Shown in pieces: positions 59,159 through 64,000 of a stretch of DNA of 64,000 bases. Numbering within the stretch: the stretch's first letter is position 1; each line of letters begins with the position of its first letter. The DNA lies in NCBI GenBank assembly GCA_963812135.1, contig CAWETU010000001.1:864001-928000 (forward strand). Reading direction: 5' to 3'. This DNA comes from Vulcanimicrobiota bacterium (GTDB taxonomy: Bacteria > Vulcanimicrobiota > Vulcanimicrobiia > Eremiobacterales > Eremiobacteraceae). The translations under genes were made by a program, and so were the position numbers. A model generated the notes under the pieces. The model made no database searches. It saw only the letters and a list, made by a program, of their open reading frames with translations, and was not told the DNA's origin.

Positions 59159-59593
59159 TTAGCCGGCAGCGGCGGCAACCTTGGGCGCCTTCTTCCAGGC
59201 CCCGTGCAGCGCACCCAGGATGACGAGCCCGAAAACGACATAGCCGGCGTTTATCGCCCACAGAATGACAGGATGGCCTTCGTGCAGGGTTCCCGTCAGC
59301 ATCGTCGTCGCAAAGAACAGCAAACCGAAGAAGATCCCGAACTCGACGCCGTGCTTGGCCGTGCGGTTGTCGTCGTGGCTGAGCGCGATTGCAACGCCGA
59401 ACGACAAGAGCATCGCCATCACGAACGACACGATGTATGGGATCGGGTCTTTGGGATTGAGGTTTGCGGCCATCGGACCGATCGCGATAAGCCATTTTTG
59501 CCCGAAGAGGACGCCGTACCAGAGCCAGCCCCATGCGAAATATAAGATGCCGCCGACGATGACGGCGAGCCAATTGATACGGTCGATCGGCAT
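59159..59593 (-). CDS. DUF1761-like membrane protein
   Basis: INWLAVIV...LWYGVLFGQKW...INAGY. Confidence 0.8.
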   Translation of the reverse strand: MPIDRINWLAVIVGGILYFAWGWLWYGVLFGQKWLIAIGPMAANLNPKDPIPYIVSFVMAMLLSFGVAIALSHDDNRTAKHGVEFGIFFGLLFFATTMLTGTLHEGHPVILWAINAGYVVFGLVILGALHGAWKKAPKVAAAAG

Positions 59594-59680
59594 TGCAGAT
59601 CCCTCCAGCGACGCTTGCAAAGCGCCGTGAGCGTGTCGGTTTGACCGTCACATGGCTCGGGCCCTGTTCGCCGCTGGTGC

Positions 59681-59866
59681 CTATGGCGCGACCGCCTGGC
59701 TGAAATCAAACGCGTTCTGCAGGCCGTTGGCATGCGCGTCGCGCTGCCGATTGTTCGAGTCCGGGAACTTGCCGTACAGGACCGTCTTAGCTCCAATTCT
59801 TCTGATAGACGACGACGACGTGGTTGATCACAAAAGTAGAGCGGCGAGTATGATTATGCGCTTCAT
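59681..59866 (-). pseudogene. collapsed phosphoesterase (AcpA/phospholipase C family) relic
   Basis: MKRIIILAALLL*, then in a shifted frame INHVVVVYQKNWS*, then LYGKFP...QRDAHANGLQNAFDFSQ*. Confidence 0.6.
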
Positions 59867-60011
59867 GGTTCAAGCATAACCCACGCACCGTTATCGCCTG
59901 GTTAAGGATGCGGAGGATGCCGCCGGACCCCGCGGGAAGCGAAACGCACACCGGGACGGGAGGGCCGCGCCAATCGGAACCGTCTCCGCATTCGCGCTAT
60001 CTCGAGAAAGC

Positions 60012-60518
60012 ATGATACAGGTCATCCAGACGGATTTCCCGGAGGCGCTGATCTTCGTCCCAGACGTATTTCCCGACGCGCGCGGTTTCTTCAAAGAGAC
60101 GTATGCCCGCGACAAATACGCGTCGCTGGGCTTGCGCGAGGAGTGGCTTCAGGACAGCGTCTCGCGATCGCGCCGCAACGTCGTCCGCGGCATGCACTAC
60201 GACATGCGTATGGCGAAGCTCGTCCAGTGCCTCGACGGCCGCATTTTCGACGTCATCGTGGACGTGCGCGAAGGATCCCCGACGTTCCATCGCTGGCAAG
60301 GCTTCGAGCTGAGCGCCGACAACCATCACCAGCTGCTCGTGCCGCGTGGTTTCGCGCACGGCTTCTTGGCGCTCGAAGACAGCCTCGTGCACTACAAGAT
60401 GACCGCGCTGTTCGATCCCGCGCACGAAGGCGTCCTGAGCTGGAAGGATCCCTCGGTCGGCATCCGCTGGCCGCTCACCGGCGAGCCGATCCTCTCGCCC
60501 AAAGACGCCAATGCCTGA
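60012..60518 (+). CDS. rfbC: dTDP-4-dehydrorhamnose 3,5-epimerase
   Basis: DARGFFKE, RGMHY, KLVQCLDG, DVREGSPTF, VPRGFAHGF. Confidence 0.93.
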   Translation: MIQVIQTDFPEALIFVPDVFPDARGFFKETYARDKYASLGLREEWLQDSVSRSRRNVVRGMHYDMRMAKLVQCLDGRIFDVIVDVREGSPTFHRWQGFELSADNHHQLLVPRGFAHGFLALEDSLVHYKMTALFDPAHEGVLSWKDPSVGIRWPLTGEPILSPKDANA

Positions 60519-60723
60519 CCGAGCGGACCGGCTCACCGACTTGATCGCGGCGCTGGGCGAGCATATCGTGGATCTCGAGCGGCGCGTGAGCGCGCTCGAA
60601 TCCGGCACCGCTCCGCCGAAACGGATCGCCGCGTCCGATCTGCGCCGCATCGCGAAGGCGCTGATGCGGTTGTCGCTCGGCGCGCCGGACGACCCCGGCA
60701 CGACGCGCAAGAGGAGCACTTGA
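60511..60723 (+). CDS. small coiled-coil hypothetical protein
   Basis: Overlaps both neighbours (apparent translational coupling); DLERRVSALE. Confidence 0.55.
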   Translation: MPDRADRLTDLIAALGEHIVDLERRVSALESGTAPPKRIAASDLRRIAKALMRLSLGAPDDPGTTRKRST

Positions 60724-62144
60724 TGGGTCTCTTCGTCACCCGTTCGATCGACGCGCTCAACAAAGAGACGGAGGAGATAGAAGGCCCAAGGCTCCGGCGC
60801 GCGCTCGGCCCATGGGCGCTCATCGCGTTCGGTCTGGGCAGCATGGTCGGCGGCGGTATTTTTGCGACGATCGGTCTGGGCGTCCACACCTACGCCGGGC
60901 CGTCGGTCGTGCTCTCATTTATTTTAGCCGGATTAGCGTGTCTCTTCGCGGCGTTCGCGTATGCCGAGATCGCGTCGATGGTACCGGTCGCGGGCAGCGC
61001 GTATACGTATACGTACGCGACCCTCGGCGAGATCGTGGCGTGGGTCGTTGGCTGGAACCTTATCCTTGAGTACGCGCTCTCGGCGGCGCCCGACGCGAAC
61101 ATCCTCTCGCAGAACGCGCAGCAGTGGCTTGCACAGTTCAACATCCACTTACCGCTCTGGGCGACGGCGTTCTACTCGCCCTCGCAACACACGGTGTTCG
61201 ACGTGCTCGCATTCCTGTCGTGCGTGGTGGTCGGGCTGTTGGTCGCCGTCGGCATCCGCGAATCCGCCGGCACGAACTCGGTGCTGGTTTTCCTCAAGAT
61301 GGGCGTGCTTGTGCTGTTCATCATCGTCGCGATTCCGTTTTTCCATCCGGCCAATATGCATCCGTTCGCGACGCATGGCGTGCACGGCATCATCGGTGCG
61401 GCGTTCATCGTGTTCTTCGCGTTCATCGGCTTCGACGCCATCACGACGACGGCCGAAGAGGCGAAGAACCCGCAGCGTGACTTGCCGATGGCGATCCTCG
61501 GAGCGTTGGGCCTGGGTGCGTTATTCTATGTCGCGATCGCGATCACGTTGACGGGCATGGTGCCCGCAACCCACGTGGACGAGAACACGCCGCTCTCCAG
61601 CGCGTGGGTGTCGGTCGGACTCGCCAAGTGGGCGTGGATCATGAACTGGGGCGCGTTTTTCGGCGCAGTGTCGATCATCCTGACGGCGTTCATCGGCCAG
61701 GCCCGGATCTTCTACGTCATGGCGCGCGACGGGCTCTTGCCGAAGAGCGTCGCCAAGATCCACCCGGTGTTCCGGACGCCCGCGCGCATGACGATCATCA
61801 TGAGCGTCGTGGTCGGCGTGCTCGCCGCGATGTTCGATCTGAACACCCTGCTCGATTTCGTCAACATCGGCACGCTCGCTGCGTTCATCTGCGTGTGCAT
61901 CGGCGTCATCATCTTGCGCTACACGCAGCCGGATCGGCCCAGACTCTTCAGATCGCCGTTTGTGCCGGTCTTCCCGGCGCTCGGCGTCATTTTGTCGCTA
62001 ATACTCGTCTTCTACGGAACGGATTGGATCGTCTGGGTGCGCTTCGGCGTGTGGATGCTGCTCGGCTTCGTCGTCTACGCGCTCTACGGGTATCGCCATT
62101 CGGAAGCGCGCAAGCAAGCGCTCGCGGCGGAGCAAACGAAGTAG
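60720..62144 (+). CDS. APC-family amino acid permease
   Basis: GSMVGGGIF, GSAYTY, FFAFIGFD, EEAKNPQRDLP, MARDGLLP. Confidence 0.93.
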   Translation: MMGLFVTRSIDALNKETEEIEGPRLRRALGPWALIAFGLGSMVGGGIFATIGLGVHTYAGPSVVLSFILAGLACLFAAFAYAEIASMVPVAGSAYTYTYATLGEIVAWVVGWNLILEYALSAAPDANILSQNAQQWLAQFNIHLPLWATAFYSPSQHTVFDVLAFLSCVVVGLLVAVGIRESAGTNSVLVFLKMGVLVLFIIVAIPFFHPANMHPFATHGVHGIIGAAFIVFFAFIGFDAITTTAEEAKNPQRDLPMAILGALGLGALFYVAIAITLTGMVPATHVDENTPLSSAWVSVGLAKWAWIMNWGAFFGAVSIILTAFIGQARIFYVMARDGLLPKSVAKIHPVFRTPARMTIIMSVVVGVLAAMFDLNTLLDFVNIGTLAAFICVCIGVIILRYTQPDRPRLFRSPFVPVFPALGVILSLILVFYGTDWIVWVRFGVWMLLGFVVYALYGYRHSEARKQALAAEQTK

Positions 62145-62164
62145 CGGTCGAATTTACTCGATCG
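62141..62164 (+). repeat. GTAG-type REP palindrome copy 3
   Basis: GTAGCGGTCGAATTTACTCGATCG. Confidence 0.8.
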
Positions 62165-62166
62165 TC

Positions 62167-63060
62167 CTAGTGGGTGATGGGCGCTTCGACGGTGCTGTTG
62201 TCCGTCTGCGGGCTTGCCGCGAGCGACGAGGGGTCGAGTTCGACGACGTAGTGCTGATGATCGTCGACGGTGCCGCCGTGATGCGACGCTGCGCTGATCC
62301 GCAACGTGTCGACCAGATCGACATCCATTGAGATCATGCGGTGGTTGGCGGGATCGTACTCGCCGTGCACGCTGATATGCGCTGTGCCCGTCGCGTAGCC
62401 AAGCGCCTCGCCCGTGTTGGAGACGATCGGTTCTTTCATCGGCGCGGTACCGGTCGCTTCGAGCTCGTAGACGTTGACTCCGAGCGCGAGATGCTGGCCC
62501 GTGATCTGGAAGTCCATGGTCGGACGCGCAGTCATGCCGTAAAGCTTGGTGCCGAGCTTGTCGGACCATTGAGTGCCGACCGCAAGATCCAAGCCCTCGT
62601 TGATCGATCGCTCGCCGAGAAACGGCAGCGGCAGCAAGAAAACGCCGCCGAGGTCGCCGGTGTCTTTGGCGATCGACCCGTCATCGCGGACCAGCGTCCA
62701 GCCATTGCCGGATTTCTTGCGCGATTGGTTGGAGACGACCGCCACGATGAGTCCGGATCGATGCAACGTGATGCCCTGCGGGCTGATCTGTTTGATGGAG
62801 ACATGTTCGCGTCCGTCGAGCGACGTCGGGGTGCCGGGTTGATCGATCCGTTTACCGAGCGAGTCGCTGGCGAGGATCGCCTGCATCATGCTGCCCCGAA
62901 CGGTGTAGTCGAACGCATCGCCGACGCGATGAGCGACGGGCTGACTGACGGGCGCTGCGGCGGTGACTCCGGCGGGCGCGGAGCTATTCGTATCGGCCAA
63001 TGCGCTAGCGGATCCAGCGAGCAAAAAGCACGCGGCGCATGCGCCGATGAGTCGATTCAA
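62167..63060 (-). CDS. secreted hypothetical protein
   Basis: Signal peptide ending ALA-D; beta-rich. Confidence 0.65.
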   Translation of the reverse strand: MNRLIGACAACFLLAGSASALADTNSSAPAGVTAAAPVSQPVAHRVGDAFDYTVRGSMMQAILASDSLGKRIDQPGTPTSLDGREHVSIKQISPQGITLHRSGLIVAVVSNQSRKKSGNGWTLVRDDGSIAKDTGDLGGVFLLPLPFLGERSINEGLDLAVGTQWSDKLGTKLYGMTARPTMDFQITGQHLALGVNVYELEATGTAPMKEPIVSNTGEALGYATGTAHISVHGEYDPANHRMISMDVDLVDTLRISAASHHGGTVDDHQHYVVELDPSSLAASPQTDNSTVEAPITH

Positions 63061-63191
63061 AATACGTTGGGCCTCCGAGGGTATATTTGCTCGCAGGTGA
63101 GAAGTCGGGGAATATTAAGTATCTTCGGCGTAACCTTGCCTTCGCCTTCGCTTAACACTGCAGAGCGGGACATGACATGAGGAGACAACAA

Positions 63192-63599
63192 ATGCGCCAT
63201 CTGAAGATTGTGACTACGGTCGCGTCGTTCGCGGTCGCCAGCGTTCTGTTCGGTTGCGGCGGCGGCTCGTCCAACAACAGCTCGAGTTCGACGACCGCGA
63301 CGAGCGCGCCGACGCCGACCAGCGTCGCGTATGCCGAACAGAATTCGCTCCCGCTCGCCGTTGCGATGAAGGTACCATCCGGCTTGAAGTGCGCTCCGGC
63401 GGATATCGTGTGGGCGAACATGCACACGAAGGCCTTCCACGATCCAGGCGATCCGTATTACGGCAAGACGAAGAACGGCGCGTACATGTGCCGCGCGACT
63501 GCCGAGGCGAACGGTTACCATGCGGCCGGCGCACGCCACACGCACATGGAGACGAATCGCATGAAGATGAACGCGAGTCCAGCGCCCGCGAGCACCTAA
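63192..63599 (+). CDS. lipoprotein with small Cys/His domain
   Basis: Lipobox LFGC; VWAN...FH...YYGKTKNGAYMC...GYH; GGAG RBS. Confidence 0.75.
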   Translation: MRHLKIVTTVASFAVASVLFGCGGGSSNNSSSSTTATSAPTPTSVAYAEQNSLPLAVAMKVPSGLKCAPADIVWANMHTKAFHDPGDPYYGKTKNGAYMCRATAEANGYHAAGARHTHMETNRMKMNASPAPAST

Positions 63600-63609
63600 G
63601 ATCAGAGAA

Positions 63610-63636
63610 GGGGGTCGAATGAATTCGACCCCCTAG
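63610..63636 (-). repeat. REP palindrome variant copy 4
   Basis: Minus strand CTAGGGGGTCGAATTCATTCGACCCCC; shares the GGTCGAAT..ATTCGACC core. Confidence 0.65.
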
Positions 63637-63639
63637 TCC

Positions 63640-64000
63640 CTAGTGTTCGCCGATGCTCGATACGTCCAGCGCGGCTGTACCGCACTCGCCTGCCGGCGCG
63701 TTGTTCAACGAGCCGAGCGCGACGACCATGTCGCCGTCATGCAATTGCTCGAGCGTCTGCTGCTTCACGAACAGGGCCACGCGACCGTCATAGAGCGATC
63801 GATGCTGCGCGTCGAAGACCACATATGCGCAGCCGTTGGGCCGCAGCGCAAGGCGGCCGGCGACCCACGAGAAATCCGAAGCGTGGCCGTACTGCGGATA
63901 GTTTCCCGTCACGAGCGGCAGCGGCGTGGATAACACGCGCGTGCCGCCATGCGAGCACGCGCCGCACGCAAGCGCAGCAAGGACGGCGACGGCGCCGCGC
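63640..64000 (-). CDS. putative lipoprotein, 5' end off-window
   Basis: Frame is open to the window end (AVAVLAALACGACSH); YGHASDFSWVAG. Confidence 0.6.
   Translation of the reverse strand, partial: RGAVAVLAALACGACSHGGTRVLSTPLPLVTGNYPQYGHASDFSWVAGRLALRPNGCAYVVFDAQHRSLYDGRVALFVKQQTLEQLHDGDMVVALGSLNNAPAGECGTAALDVSSIGEH

Overview
GC-rich bacterial chromosomal segment with about 70 densely packed genes. The gene content suggests Candidatus Eremiobacterota (Vulcanimicrobiota), which is an inference. I saw no rRNA, tRNA, CRISPR array, transposase or integrase. Recognisable genes include a DmpA/P1 peptidase, an alkyltransferase-like protein, hflX, a CpdA-like phosphodiesterase, a frameshifted SARP/BTAD-ATPase regulator, a TonB-dependent receptor, a K+ channel, GH125, ETF-QO, marR-emrA-emrB, tartrate dehydrogenase, an OPT transporter, AlkB, an FGE-family protein, rfbC and an amino-acid permease. 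An accessory tract of mostly orphan secreted or membrane genes runs from about 26 to 46 kb. The most striking signal is at 26.3-28.6 kb, where three unrelated, co-oriented orphan genes are each followed by the same 28-bp site (minus strand GGTGTTCCCAA-N6-N11). This is a gene-cassette-array architecture that does not match attC, dif or CRISPR. Also notable are a dispersed GTAG-type REP palindrome family, an unannotated 39-aa Lys/Arg-rich protein, four DUF4760-like paralogs, a secreted protein with a T3SS-needle-like C-terminus and two gene relics. Family names come from motif recognition, not database searches.
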